This document shows positions 6,983 to 16,438 of a stretch of DNA of 64,000 nt, one piece after another. Each line of letters opens with the position of its first letter. Within the stretch, counting starts at the first letter, position 1. This DNA is from Nitrospirota bacterium. GTDB lineage: Bacteria; Nitrospirota; Thermodesulfovibrionia; Thermodesulfovibrionales; UBA6898. The stretch spans positions 3,283 to 67,282 of the forward strand of contig JAKAIE010000004.1 of the NCBI GenBank assembly GCA_021814475.1, written 5' to 3'. A program made the translations under genes and the position numbers. The notes beneath the pieces are model-generated. The model was not told the origin of the DNA, searched no databases, and saw only the letters and a list, made by a program, of their open reading frames with translations.

Positions 6983-7342
6983 ATGCCTAGAGCAAAAGGT
7001 GGTATTAAGACAAGACAGAGACACAAGAAGATCCTGGACAGGGCGAAGGGATATTACGGCGGCAAGGGCCGGCTTTTCAAGGCCGCGTCCGAGACGGTCG
7101 ACAAGGGACTCCAGTACGCGTATCGTGACCGCAAGGCCAAGAAACGCGAGTTCAGGGCCCTCTGGATCACGAGGATCAGCGCGGCCGTCCGCAGCATGGG
7201 TCTGAATTACAGCCAGTTCATGAACGGCCTCAAGAAGGCGGAGATCGGCCTCGACCGGAAGGCACTGGCGGATCTTGCATACAGCGATCCGACGGCGTTC
7301 AGCTCGATCGCCGAGACGGTGAAGGCAAAGCTCGCTTCGTAA
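6983..7342 (+). CDS. rplT: 50S ribosomal protein L20
   Basis: [26 protein letters not shown]...[19 protein letters not shown]. Confidence 0.95.
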   Translation: MPRAKGGIKTRQRHKKILDRAKGYYGGKGRLFKAASETVDKGLQYAYRDRKAKKREFRALWITRISAAVRSMGLNYSQFMNGLKKAEIGLDRKALADLAYSDPTAFSSIAETVKAKLAS

Positions 7343-7348
7343 GACGCG

Positions 7349-8362
7349 GTGGATGAACTTGATGCGCTGAGGGAATCGTTCCGGGCAGATCTCGGCTCGG
7401 TACAGAGCTTACCGGAACTCCAGCAGCTCAGAAACAAATATGCAGGCAAGAAAGGGATTTTAACTGCACAGTTAAAATCCCTTTCTTCTATTTCCCCCGA
7501 GCAGAGACCCCTTTTCGGAAAGACCCTCAACGAGATCAAGGAGTTTGTCGAGGAGGAGCTCAGGAACCGTGAACTCGCCTTCAAGGAGGGCGAACAGGAG
7601 AAGAGGCTCCTTGCAGAGCGGATCGACATCACCCTCCCGGGCAGGCCCGGTCTCTTCGGCAGGGCGCATCCGATCAACCAGATCCTTGACGAGATTAAGG
7701 GGATCTTCGTCTCTATGGGATTCGGAATCGAGCAGGGGCCCGAAATAGAACTCGACTATTACAATTTCGAGGCGCTCAATATCCCGAAGGACCATCCGGC
7801 CCGCGACATGCAGGACACCTTCTATGTCTCCGGCGATGTTGTGCTCAGGACCCATACTTCACCGGTACAGGTGAGGACAATGGAAAAGAGGAGACCTCCT
7901 CTGAGGATTATCGTACCGGGCAAGGTCTACCGCTGCGACTCCGACGTGACCCATACGCCGATGTTCCACCAGGTCGAAGGGCTGATGGTCGATACCGACG
8001 TCTCCTTCAGCGATCTTAAAGGAGTCCTCGAACTCTTCCTGCATAATCTTTTCGGGAAAAACACACCTGTCAGGTTCAGACCGAGCTATTTCCCTTTCAC
8101 CGAACCGTCCGCCGAGGTTGATATCGGATGCATCTTCTGTGCGGGAAAGGGCTGCAGGATCTGCAAAACAACGGGCTGGATCGAGATCCTGGGCTCCGGC
8201 ATGGTCAATCCCCGCGTCTTCGAGATGGCGGGCTACGACCCTGACGAATATTCGGGCTTCGCCTTCGGCATGGGAGTGGAACGGATCACGATGCTCAAGT
8301 ACGGGATAGACGACCTGAGGCTCTTCTTCGAAAACGACCTCAGGTTTCTGAGGCAGTTCTAG
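7349..8362 (+). CDS. pheS: Phenylalanine-tRNA ligase alpha subunit
   Basis: Class II aaRS motifs: HPARDMQDTFY, FRPSYFPFTEPSAEVD, GFAFGMGVERI. GTG start. Confidence 0.95.
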   Translation: MDELDALRESFRADLGSVQSLPELQQLRNKYAGKKGILTAQLKSLSSISPEQRPLFGKTLNEIKEFVEEELRNRELAFKEGEQEKRLLAERIDITLPGRPGLFGRAHPINQILDEIKGIFVSMGFGIEQGPEIELDYYNFEALNIPKDHPARDMQDTFYVSGDVVLRTHTSPVQVRTMEKRRPPLRIIVPGKVYRCDSDVTHTPMFHQVEGLMVDTDVSFSDLKGVLELFLHNLFGKNTPVRFRPSYFPFTEPSAEVDIGCIFCAGKGCRICKTTGWIEILGSGMVNPRVFEMAGYDPDEYSGFAFGMGVERITMLKYGIDDLRLFFENDLRFLRQF

Positions 8363-8371
8363 GGGAAACCT

Positions 8372-10429
8372 ATGCGCGTATCGCTCGACTGGATAAAGGA
8401 ATTCGTGGAGGTGAAGGCGCCCGCCCGGGAGGTCGCCGACCGGCTGACCATGGCCGGGCTTGAGATAGAGGGCATCGAGAAGATCGGAGATGACTCGGTC
8501 TTCGAGGTGAACGTGACGCCGAACAGGCCCGACTGCCTCAGCATCCTCGGCATCGCGCGCGAAGTCGCGGCCGCCTTCCGTCTGCCTTTAATGCTGCCCC
8601 CGAGCCAGATCCCTGCGGGTGCTCCTGCCTCCGCGGTGGGTGTCGAGATCGTCGATGCGGACCTCTGCGCAAGGTATGCAGGCAGGCAGATCAGCGGCGT
8701 TTCTGTCCGGCCTTCTCCATCGTGGATGAAGGAGAGGCTCGAAAAATGCGGCATCAGGGCGATCAATAATATCGTCGACGTCACGAACTATGTACTGCTC
8801 GAATTCGGCCATCCCCTGCACGCCTTCGACGCCGACAGGCTTGAGGACAGGAAGATCAGAGTCGCCAGGGCCGGGAAGGGCGCGAAGATCGTCACTCTGG
8901 ATGGTGCTGAACATACCCCGAACGAGGATTCTCTCCTTATATGGGCCGGAATACATCCCGTGGCCGTCGCCGGCGTGATGGGAGGGGAAGGATCAGGGGT
9001 GACGGAAACCACAAAAAATATATTCCTCGAAAGCGCTTACTTCGAACCCACGTCCGTCAGACGTACCTCCAAGCAGCTGGGACTCAGGAGCGAGGCATCT
9101 TACCGGTTCGAACGTGGTACGGACATAGAGTTTCTGGAACGCGCCCTTGACCGTGCCGCCCTCCTGATGAAGGAGACCGGCGGGGGTGAGATCCACGAAA
9201 TCGTCGATGTCTATCCCGAAAAATACATGCCGGTGAAGACCGAGGTATCCTTCTCCCGTGTCAACAGACTTCTCGGCACAGATATCCCGAAGCAGGAGAT
9301 ACTCGATATCCTCAACAGGATAGGGATCGGGACAGAAGACAGGGGCGAGACCTTTGTCGTCACCCCGCCGGCGTACCTGCGCGATATCCGTCATACCGTG
9401 GATGTGGTCGAGGAGATAGCCCGTATCTACGGTTTTGGCAATATCCCTGCGCGTCTGCCCAGGACCGCACTGTCCGACGGGGGCACAGGCACGAAGGTCT
9501 CCGACCTTGACAGGCTCAGGGATTCGATCCGGAAGACAGGCTTCACCGAGGCGGTCAACTACAGCTTCATGAACATCACCGATCTCGATCTCCTGTCTAT
9601 CCCCGAAGGAGACGGGCGGCGCAGGGCCGTTGCTGTCATGAATCCCCTGAGGCAGGAAGACGGACATATGAGGACGACCCTCCTGCCCTCGCTGCTCCAG
9701 AACTTCATGCATAATATTTCCCGCGGCGTCAGGGATATCCGGTTCTACGAGATCTCGAAGGTCTTCATCGACGAAGGCGGTCAGCTCCCGATGGAGAAAC
9801 TGAGGTTCTCCGGCATCTTCTACCGGGACAGATCAGCGTCCCTCTGGAAGCAGGACCTGCCCGGGTTCTTTGCGGTGAAAGGCTGCCTTGAGGCGGTCTT
9901 TGACGAACTGGGGATCAGGGGGCTTTCCTGGAGTTATTCGGGGGAGAAATTCCTGCACCAGGGCAAGGCCGCGGACCTGTCGGCCGGCGACCGGAGGCTC
10001 GGTTCGCTCGGAGAACTGAGTCCTGCCGTGATCGAGAGGCTCGATTTGAAGATCAGCAAACCGGAGATCGTGGCCTTTGAATTCGACCTCGACTCGATCC
10101 TCGGCCTCATCGGACGGGAAAAGACATACCGCCAGATCCCGAGGTTTCCTGCGATCGAACGTGACATGGCGATCATCCTGGATGACGGGATGGCAGCGGC
10201 CGAAGTGCGTGCATATTTTACTGGATATTCCTCCCCGTATATAGAGAGCGTCGAACTCTTCGATTATTACAAGGGCAAGAACATGCCGGAGGGGAAAAAG
10301 AGTCTTGCCTTTCGCGTCGTCTACCGTGCGAACGACAGGACCCTCACCGATGCCGAGGTCGAGCCGGTGCATAAGGGTCTCGTCGATTTTATACTTTCAA
10401 AGACATCCGGCGAATTAAGAGGCGTGTAA
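8372..10429 (+). CDS. pheT: Phenylalanine-tRNA ligase beta subunit (short form, 685 aa)
   Basis: MRVSLDWIKEFV...VTPNRPDCLSILGIAREVAA, B3/4 and B5 regions, and a C-terminal FDYYKG...SLAFRVVYR anticodon-binding domain. It lacks the roughly 110-aa OB tRNA-binding insert found after the first 40 aa of E. coli PheT. Confidence 0.9.
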   Translation: MRVSLDWIKEFVEVKAPAREVADRLTMAGLEIEGIEKIGDDSVFEVNVTPNRPDCLSILGIAREVAAAFRLPLMLPPSQIPAGAPASAVGVEIVDADLCARYAGRQISGVSVRPSPSWMKERLEKCGIRAINNIVDVTNYVLLEFGHPLHAFDADRLEDRKIRVARAGKGAKIVTLDGAEHTPNEDSLLIWAGIHPVAVAGVMGGEGSGVTETTKNIFLESAYFEPTSVRRTSKQLGLRSEASYRFERGTDIEFLERALDRAALLMKETGGGEIHEIVDVYPEKYMPVKTEVSFSRVNRLLGTDIPKQEILDILNRIGIGTEDRGETFVVTPPAYLRDIRHTVDVVEEIARIYGFGNIPARLPRTALSDGGTGTKVSDLDRLRDSIRKTGFTEAVNYSFMNITDLDLLSIPEGDGRRRAVAVMNPLRQEDGHMRTTLLPSLLQNFMHNISRGVRDIRFYEISKVFIDEGGQLPMEKLRFSGIFYRDRSASLWKQDLPGFFAVKGCLEAVFDELGIRGLSWSYSGEKFLHQGKAADLSAGDRRLGSLGELSPAVIERLDLKISKPEIVAFEFDLDSILGLIGREKTYRQIPRFPAIERDMAIILDDGMAAAEVRAYFTGYSSPYIESVELFDYYKGKNMPEGKKSLAFRVVYRANDRTLTDAEVEPVHKGLVDFILSKTSGELRGV

Positions 10430-10460
10430 AAAAAGGGACCGCAGCGCGGTCCCTTTTTTT
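10428..10460. terminator. Bidirectional intrinsic terminator between pheT and pfk
   Basis: AAAAAAA-GGGACCGC-agc-GCGGTCCC-TTTTTTT. Confidence 0.85.
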
Positions 10461-10485
10461 GTTGTGTGTCTGCCGATGAACGCTC

Positions 10486-11700
10486 TTACATATGCCTTGT
10501 GATCTGCCCCTGTATCTCCACAAATCTGTGATCATATTTCTGCGGCTCTCTTCCAAAGCAGGTGCCGATACTTTCATACAGAGGGATCTCCTTCAGATCC
10601 ACCTCGCGTCTCTTGATCGCCTCCTGTGTCGCCTGGTACTGCACCTGGTCTCCGTCGACATTAACGACGGTGACACCCTGCTTTCCATCCATTAGGAGCA
10701 GGACCGCGCCTGCGCCCGTCTTATAGCCGAAGGTGACGTCATAGGAAGATGATCCGCCGCAACGCACCAGGTGGCCGGGGGTTACTTCCCTCACCTCGGG
10801 TATTTCGTAGACGCCGGGTGCGTACATCCCGGTCTTCTTCATGAATTCGATCACCTCGGGGTCCGACTTCAGCCGTTTTTCGAGCTGCTGCCGGATATAC
10901 TTGCCTGCGCCGGCCAGTTTCTTGTGACCGAAGGCATCGACGCCCGCAGACTCGTCGTAGAGCATCTCGCCGTTTGCGTTCTTCAGCCCCTCGGCCACGA
11001 CGATAATATAGGTGCCCGCCTTCACGTCGCTCCTCATCACGCGGCCGAAATAGGTTGTCTTCATGTGTCCGTAGACGACATCGAAGTCCACCGGGATCTC
11101 CGGGATCAGGATGCAGTCCACCTCGGCGCCGATGCCGCCGCGGAAGGCGGTATGTCCGACGTACCTGCCGAAGACCTCGATGACGAGTATCCTGTTATGG
11201 CTCAGGCCTGTTGTTTTCAGGTCCCTCGCAAAGGTCGATATCCTGTTGATCGACGAGTCGCCTCCGACGCTGTAAGGCTGCAGGTCGAGGTCCATCGTCT
11301 TCGGCACATGGATGCAGGGGATGCCGTTTTGGGTCAGGTCGACCACGACGCTTCCCGTGTCATCGCCTCCGCTGATCACCAGGGCGTCTATACCGAACTT
11401 TTTCAGACCCTCCTTGATCCGGTCGTACTTCTTCTCGTCCTTGATCTTGCTTATCTTGACGCGGGAGTGGCCCGCCTCCGAGCCGGCAAGAGACGCCTCT
11501 ATGCGGCTGACGCGCTCTGCGTTGAGGTGGACCACCTCCGGCAGATCGACCAGATTGTAAAGCCCTGCATAACCGTTCGGGATGACGACGGAATCGATGC
11601 CGTTGGCATACGCCTCACGCGCGACCCCCTTTATGACGGCGTTCAACCCTCCGCAGTCGCCGCCGCTCGTGATGATCCCGATCCTTTTTATCGATGCCAT
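10486..11700 (-). CDS. pfk: 6-phosphofructokinase, probably PPi-dependent type
   Basis: MASIKRIGIITSGGDCGGLNAVIKG. ISGGDDTG (Asp at the E. coli Gly104 position) and VPKTMDLD (Lys at the Gly124 position) are PPi-PFK signatures. AGGAGG RBS before the ATG at 11700. Confidence 0.8.
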   Translation of the reverse strand: MASIKRIGIITSGGDCGGLNAVIKGVAREAYANGIDSVVIPNGYAGLYNLVDLPEVVHLNAERVSRIEASLAGSEAGHSRVKISKIKDEKKYDRIKEGLKKFGIDALVISGGDDTGSVVVDLTQNGIPCIHVPKTMDLDLQPYSVGGDSSINRISTFARDLKTTGLSHNRILVIEVFGRYVGHTAFRGGIGAEVDCILIPEIPVDFDVVYGHMKTTYFGRVMRSDVKAGTYIIVVAEGLKNANGEMLYDESAGVDAFGHKKLAGAGKYIRQQLEKRLKSDPEVIEFMKKTGMYAPGVYEIPEVREVTPGHLVRCGGSSSYDVTFGYKTGAGAVLLLMDGKQGVTVVNVDGDQVQYQATQEAIKRREVDLKEIPLYESIGTCFGREPQKYDHRFVEIQGQITRHM

Positions 11701-11788
11701 GAAAAGACCTCCTGCAAGGAAATTGGTACGAAATGTACTGGAATAATATATCACAAGAGCTGCAAAAGGAACAGGGGGCCGCATGGCC

Positions 11789-13414
11789 TCAGGTGAATTT
11801 ATAAAGGCGCTCAGCGCCGATCTTCATCGGCAGAAAGAAGGCAGCTCCGTTTAAGAGTATGACAAGTGTCAAGGCGCATACCGACATCGCGACAGTGAAA
11901 GTGTGAGCGCCCCGGCCTGTCTCCCACAGATAATAGATCCAGGTCTCCAGTGCGAGAGTTGCCATCACGAGGGCAAAGGCGATGACCATAAACGCCATGC
12001 TCCCCATACTCACCGAGACGGAGGCGATGCCCGCATGCCTGAACTTCGGATAGATCGCTCCCATTCCTATTCCCAATCCGCTGACAGATACGCAGAGCAT
12101 CAGGGACGTGGCGAGGGATGCCCAATGCAGGGGACCCTGTATATCCATGATCACGTCGGCGGCAAGCACGAGGGCGGTTATCAGAACGGTGACGGGTATA
12201 CTTCCGTAAACGAGTTTTGACCACAGGAGGCGGGCTGCAGGCACGGGCGCGGTCCTGATGACCCAGAAGGCCTCTCCTTCGAGACTCACCAGCGGAAAGA
12301 GAAAACGGGCGGCGACTGCGGTCAGGATCAGCCCGGACATCAGCATATTCACGAGCAGCATGACCTCCCGGACGAAGGGGGTGATCGCAAGGAGGAGGTC
12401 AAAGGGGATGGACCTGAGATTGTGCAGATAGATCGCGATCAGTGCAGCGATGACCAGGATCTGGGACCATTGGCCCGTGTCCCGGAAGAAGATGATCGCG
12501 TCTTTGTAAAAGAGCGCCGCCCACCGGCGCGGAAAACATCTGCTCAGCGGAGACCGTCCGGGCACGTCGGCAGAAGGCTGAAGTCTCCCGATGTTCCTGA
12601 GGAAGAGGTACCTTCCTGCCAGGGACGCCGCGAGGAGAGAAAAGACGCTGCAGCCCACGAGCACGGCGAGGCCGGACAGCCCCGGCCGAAGGCCCCTCAG
12701 GACCGGAAAGACCGCCTCTGTCATCCAGTAGCCGGGGAGCAGGCGGGAGTCGGACCTGAATCTCATGAAGGAGTTCAGCATCTCTTCAGGGTCACCCGGT
12801 CCGGCCGGAAGACTGGACCTGAAGATGAAGTACAGGACCACGAAGAGCAGCAGAGCGATCCCCAGGAATGCGTCCCGCGACCTGCGCGCCGGGAATAGCC
12901 TTGTGAGCAGGTGTGCCGCCGCAGCGCCGATACCCCCTGCAATCAGGATCACCATCGCCAGTCCGGCGGCCACTATACCGTAATACAGGGCGGGTGCGTC
13001 ATAGCGCAGACCGTAGGCGATGAAGACGGGGGGCATGAAGACCAGCACCATCCAGGATGAATCGAGGAGGGCCTCGGAGAGCTTCAGCCGGAGAACGCAA
13101 GTCAGTGGTATTGGTTTCGAAAGAAAGAACCTGATGTCCGCCGACATATAGAAGGACGAAAGCGACGTGACGATCCCGCTGAGGATCAGGAAGAAGAAAA
13201 GTCCCGAAAATATCATCGAAAAGAGGGACTCGGATATAATCTCTCCTGCGAAGCCCGCATCCCGGATGAAGGTAAGCAGGTAGTCCATGCCTAGATAGAG
13301 CGACCAGCAAAAGGCGGCCCCTATCGCGATGAACGGAAGCCTCCTGAGCAGGATCCCTGCGGTCAGTGAATTTTTCAGGGAAAGGAACCGGGGCCGCATC
13401 AGGAGCATCAGCAT
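11789..13414 (-). CDS. Polytopic membrane protein, probable ABC exporter permease (541 aa)
   Basis: At least 10 hydrophobic segments. Starts 4 nt after the stop of the ABC ATPase gene. Confidence 0.6.
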   Translation of the reverse strand: MLMLLMRPRFLSLKNSLTAGILLRRLPFIAIGAAFCWSLYLGMDYLLTFIRDAGFAGEIISESLFSMIFSGLFFFLILSGIVTSLSSFYMSADIRFFLSKPIPLTCVLRLKLSEALLDSSWMVLVFMPPVFIAYGLRYDAPALYYGIVAAGLAMVILIAGGIGAAAAHLLTRLFPARRSRDAFLGIALLLFVVLYFIFRSSLPAGPGDPEEMLNSFMRFRSDSRLLPGYWMTEAVFPVLRGLRPGLSGLAVLVGCSVFSLLAASLAGRYLFLRNIGRLQPSADVPGRSPLSRCFPRRWAALFYKDAIIFFRDTGQWSQILVIAALIAIYLHNLRSIPFDLLLAITPFVREVMLLVNMLMSGLILTAVAARFLFPLVSLEGEAFWVIRTAPVPAARLLWSKLVYGSIPVTVLITALVLAADVIMDIQGPLHWASLATSLMLCVSVSGLGIGMGAIYPKFRHAGIASVSVSMGSMAFMVIAFALVMATLALETWIYYLWETGRGAHTFTVAMSVCALTLVILLNGAAFFLPMKIGAERLYKFT

Positions 13415-13418
13415 CCAG

Positions 13419-14123
13419 TCACCCCATCCGCAGGAAGAACCCCTCGAGCCCGCCCTCGATCTCCCTCAGTTCTTCCCTGGCTTTTATGGTCACGAGGACT
13501 CCTTTGTTGATAAACCCCACCCGGTGGCAGATCTCTTCCGCAATATGGAGGCTGTGCGTGGCGAGGAAGATGCTCATCCCTTTACTGCTCAGGTCGCGGA
13601 TGATCTCCTTCAGAGTCCGGATCCCGAAGGGGTCGAGGCCGATGAACGGCTCGTCGATCAGGAGTGCGCGGGGATCGTGGACCAGGGCGGAGGCGAAGAG
13701 GAGGCGTTGTCTCATGCCCTGTGAAAAACCCTCTATCAGCTCGTCCCCGACGTCGCTGATGCCGAAGAGGTGGAGGAGTCTGCCCGAGGCCTCGATCGCA
13801 GGGCCTCTGCCGACCCCGTAGAGAGAGGCGACGAAGGAAAGCAGTTCCCGGGCGGTCAGTTTCTCGTAGAGGAAAGGCCTGTCGGGCACATACCCGAATG
13901 AGGCCTTCGCCCTGAGTGGTTCCCTGACGATGTCGTATTCCCCGAAGCGGATCTGTCCGGTGTCGGGGATCAGGAGACCCGTCATCATCCTGAGGGTGGT
14001 TGTCTTTCCCGCGCCGTTGGGGCCGACGAGTCCGAATATCTCACCCGGAGCGATCGAGAGCGAGAGGTCCCGTACGGCGGTCAGCCCGCCGAACGCTTTG
14101 CTGACGTTATTGAGGGATATCAT
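13419..14123 (-). CDS. ABC transporter ATP-binding protein
   Basis: Start MISLNNVSKAFGG. Walker A GPNGAGKTT, signature FSQGMRQR, Walker B LLIDEPFIGLD. Confidence 0.9.
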   Translation of the reverse strand: MISLNNVSKAFGGLTAVRDLSLSIAPGEIFGLVGPNGAGKTTTLRMMTGLLIPDTGQIRFGEYDIVREPLRAKASFGYVPDRPFLYEKLTARELLSFVASLYGVGRGPAIEASGRLLHLFGISDVGDELIEGFSQGMRQRLLFASALVHDPRALLIDEPFIGLDPFGIRTLKEIIRDLSSKGMSIFLATHSLHIAEEICHRVGFINKGVLVTIKAREELREIEGGLEGFFLRMG

Positions 14124-14364
14124 GCCAGTGGTGCGGCTCCTGTCTGCCAGCTGCGTCCATACCGCGAAGTGACTCTGCAAGCTCTCTGTCGAAAAAGTCG
14201 TAGTCCGTCTTGCCGATGATCTGATCGGCGGTCATTCCCATGAAACGCATCATCGCCGGATTGCAGACGAGGTACACCCCCTCGGGGTCCTTCAGCCAGA
14301 CCATGTCAGGGATCGTCTCGATGAGCGTCTTCAGCAGCCACTGCTCTTTTTCAGCTGGGTGCAT
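14107..14364 (-). pseudogene. Truncated PAS-domain ORF (85 aa), probable gene remnant
   Basis: LLKTLIETIPDMVWLKDPEGVYLVCNPAMMRFMGMTADQIIGKTDYDFFDRELAE is the N-terminal two thirds of a PAS fold. The ORF ends inside the ABC ATPase gene (17-nt overlap) before the last beta strands. Confidence 0.5.
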
Positions 14365-16434
14365 CTACTTTCCGAGCGCGGCCATGACGGCCTGCACGAG
14401 TGTCTGGACCTGAAAGGGCTTCTGAATGCAGTCGACGATCCCCGCCTCCGACAGGTCAGCCGTCTCGGCTCGGAGGGGATAGCCGGTGAGAGCGATGATC
14501 TTTACCCCCGGTTTCTTCCGGGTGATCAGCCTGCTCATTTCGATTCCACCCATCCCGGGCATGACGAGATCCGTGATGACGAGCCTGATCGTATCGCGCA
14601 TCTCACCGAAGACCGACAGGGCGTCGTTGCCGTTCGACGCAGGGACGATAGTAAAATTCAGCCTGGAGAGGCTTCTCATGACGAGGGTCCGGACGGTCTC
14701 GTCATCCTCAACGACCATGATCATTTCGGCGTCGCCGTGGGGCAGGACTGCCCGGGCAGGCCTTGCGGCGACTTCGGCATCAGTTTTAGCGGCGGGCAGA
14801 TACAGAGAAAACGTCGTACCTTCTCCCACCGCCGTCCGCACATCGAGAAACCCGTCATGCTGTTTGACTATACCGTAAACCTGTGAGAGGCCGAGCCCGG
14901 TCCCTTTTCCCTGGTCCTTTGTGGTGAAGAAGGGCTCGAAGATATGAGAAAAGACCTCCGGTGTCATGCCGGTGCCCGTGTCTGAGACCCTCAGCAGGAC
15001 CCAGTCGCCGTCGGGCATGTCGGGAACGGGAGGCATGTCGGAGTGTCTCACTGAGATCCTGGAAATCTCGAAACCCATGCTGCCTCCCTCGGGCATTGCA
15101 TCCCGGGCGTTCAGAGCCAGATTCGCCAAGACCTGCTGCAACTTCGTCGGATCGGCAGAGATAAGGTACTCCCCGGGCGAGTACGAGGCATGCGTCGTGA
15201 TCGTCTCCGGAATCGTCCTCGTAATGAATTTAATGAAGTCCCTGAGAAAGGCCGCTAGATCAAGGGGTTGCCTCTCGCTGATGGACTTCCTGCTGAAATC
15301 GAGGATCTGGCGGATCAGATGGGCAGCCCTCAGGCCATTATTCAGTATCGCCTCGACCATCTGCCTGTCCTCGGGTTGAAGTGTCTCCTCCGAAAGCATC
15401 ATCTCCGACAGGCCGATGATCCCGGTCAGGATGTTGTTGAAGTCGTGCGCGACTCCGGCGGCGAGTTGTCCGACAGCAGCGAGTCTTTCCTGGGATTGGA
15501 TCCGTTCGGCCATATTCCGTTCTTCTGTGACGTCCTTCAGCAGGAGGACCATTCCCTGCGGGTTTCCGGACGTCCCTATCATGCATCCCGTCAGCGTGAA
15601 GATGAGGTTCGACGGTCCCGCGATCTCGACCGTGGGCATCGTATTGTTTCCGGCCGACTCTAAAAGGTCCGCCAGCGAATGTCCGGCGATATCCGTGAGG
15701 ATGTCCCCGCGCAGTCCGGCCGAGAGGGTAGTGAGATGCTGTTCCCCTGTGCTGTTCGCAAGGACGACCCTGCATTCCGTGTCAAGCAGAAGTGCGCCCT
15801 CCGGGATATGGTCGATCAGCGTATTCATAGTGGTGACCAGCTGCGTCAGCTCGTCTTCAGCCTTTTTCCTCTCCTGTACCTCGCTGCGGAGACGTTCGGT
15901 CAGGTTCACGAGATCCCCGGTCCTCTCCTCGACCCGCAATTCAAGGGTCTCCTGGGTCCTGATCAGCTCTTCCTCGACCTTTTTTCTTTCCCTGACCTCC
16001 TCGACTGCCTGGTCGCGCATCTTCCGGTAGTCCCGGATCTGCAGGGTGAGATCAGTGACGTCCTGGATTGCAAAAAGGGCATGGAATCCGTCCCCATCCC
16101 CGGACCGGATGGCGGTGATCACGGTATGCTGGATCCTCATGCGGCCGGGCGAAAGCCGGGAGGGGATAATATGGTCGTGGAGCTGAGAGGAAAAAATCGT
16201 CGGCGGCCCGCCTTCAAATATCTCCTGGAGCCGGCTTGCGTAACGCGGTGTTGCAAGATGGGGGAAGGAGTCGGCGATATTTTTTCCGACGAGGGCATCA
16301 CGGGAGATTCCCGTCCAGTCTTCGAGACAGGCATTCCAGAAGAGGACGGCAAAGTCCCTCCTGAGGATGAAGACCCCGACCGGGACATGGTCGAGGATGC
16401 CGAAGGTCGTTGCTATGGGGCCGATGTCATGCAC
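14365..16434 (-). CDS. Cytoplasmic hybrid sensor histidine kinase (PAS, coiled coil, PAS, HisKA, HATPase, REC)
   Basis: H-box VAHDFNNILTGI, G-boxes DTGTGM and GTGLGLSQVYGIV, C-terminal receiver MIMVVEDDETVR...LVITDLVMPGMGG. No TM segment. Confidence 0.9.
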   Translation of the reverse strand: MHDIGPIATTFGILDHVPVGVFILRRDFAVLFWNACLEDWTGISRDALVGKNIADSFPHLATPRYASRLQEIFEGGPPTIFSSQLHDHIIPSRLSPGRMRIQHTVITAIRSGDGDGFHALFAIQDVTDLTLQIRDYRKMRDQAVEEVRERKKVEEELIRTQETLELRVEERTGDLVNLTERLRSEVQERKKAEDELTQLVTTMNTLIDHIPEGALLLDTECRVVLANSTGEQHLTTLSAGLRGDILTDIAGHSLADLLESAGNNTMPTVEIAGPSNLIFTLTGCMIGTSGNPQGMVLLLKDVTEERNMAERIQSQERLAAVGQLAAGVAHDFNNILTGIIGLSEMMLSEETLQPEDRQMVEAILNNGLRAAHLIRQILDFSRKSISERQPLDLAAFLRDFIKFITRTIPETITTHASYSPGEYLISADPTKLQQVLANLALNARDAMPEGGSMGFEISRISVRHSDMPPVPDMPDGDWVLLRVSDTGTGMTPEVFSHIFEPFFTTKDQGKGTGLGLSQVYGIVKQHDGFLDVRTAVGEGTTFSLYLPAAKTDAEVAARPARAVLPHGDAEMIMVVEDDETVRTLVMRSLSRLNFTIVPASNGNDALSVFGEMRDTIRLVITDLVMPGMGGIEMSRLITRKKPGVKIIALTGYPLRAETADLSEAGIVDCIQKPFQVQTLVQAVMAALGK

Positions 16435-16438
16435 GGTG

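Noticed and set aside
14124-14180. Upstream extension of the ABC ATPase ORF (TTG at 14180).
   Set aside because: The conserved N-terminus begins at MISLNNVSK (ATG 14123). The extension overlaps the PAS fragment and has no RBS.
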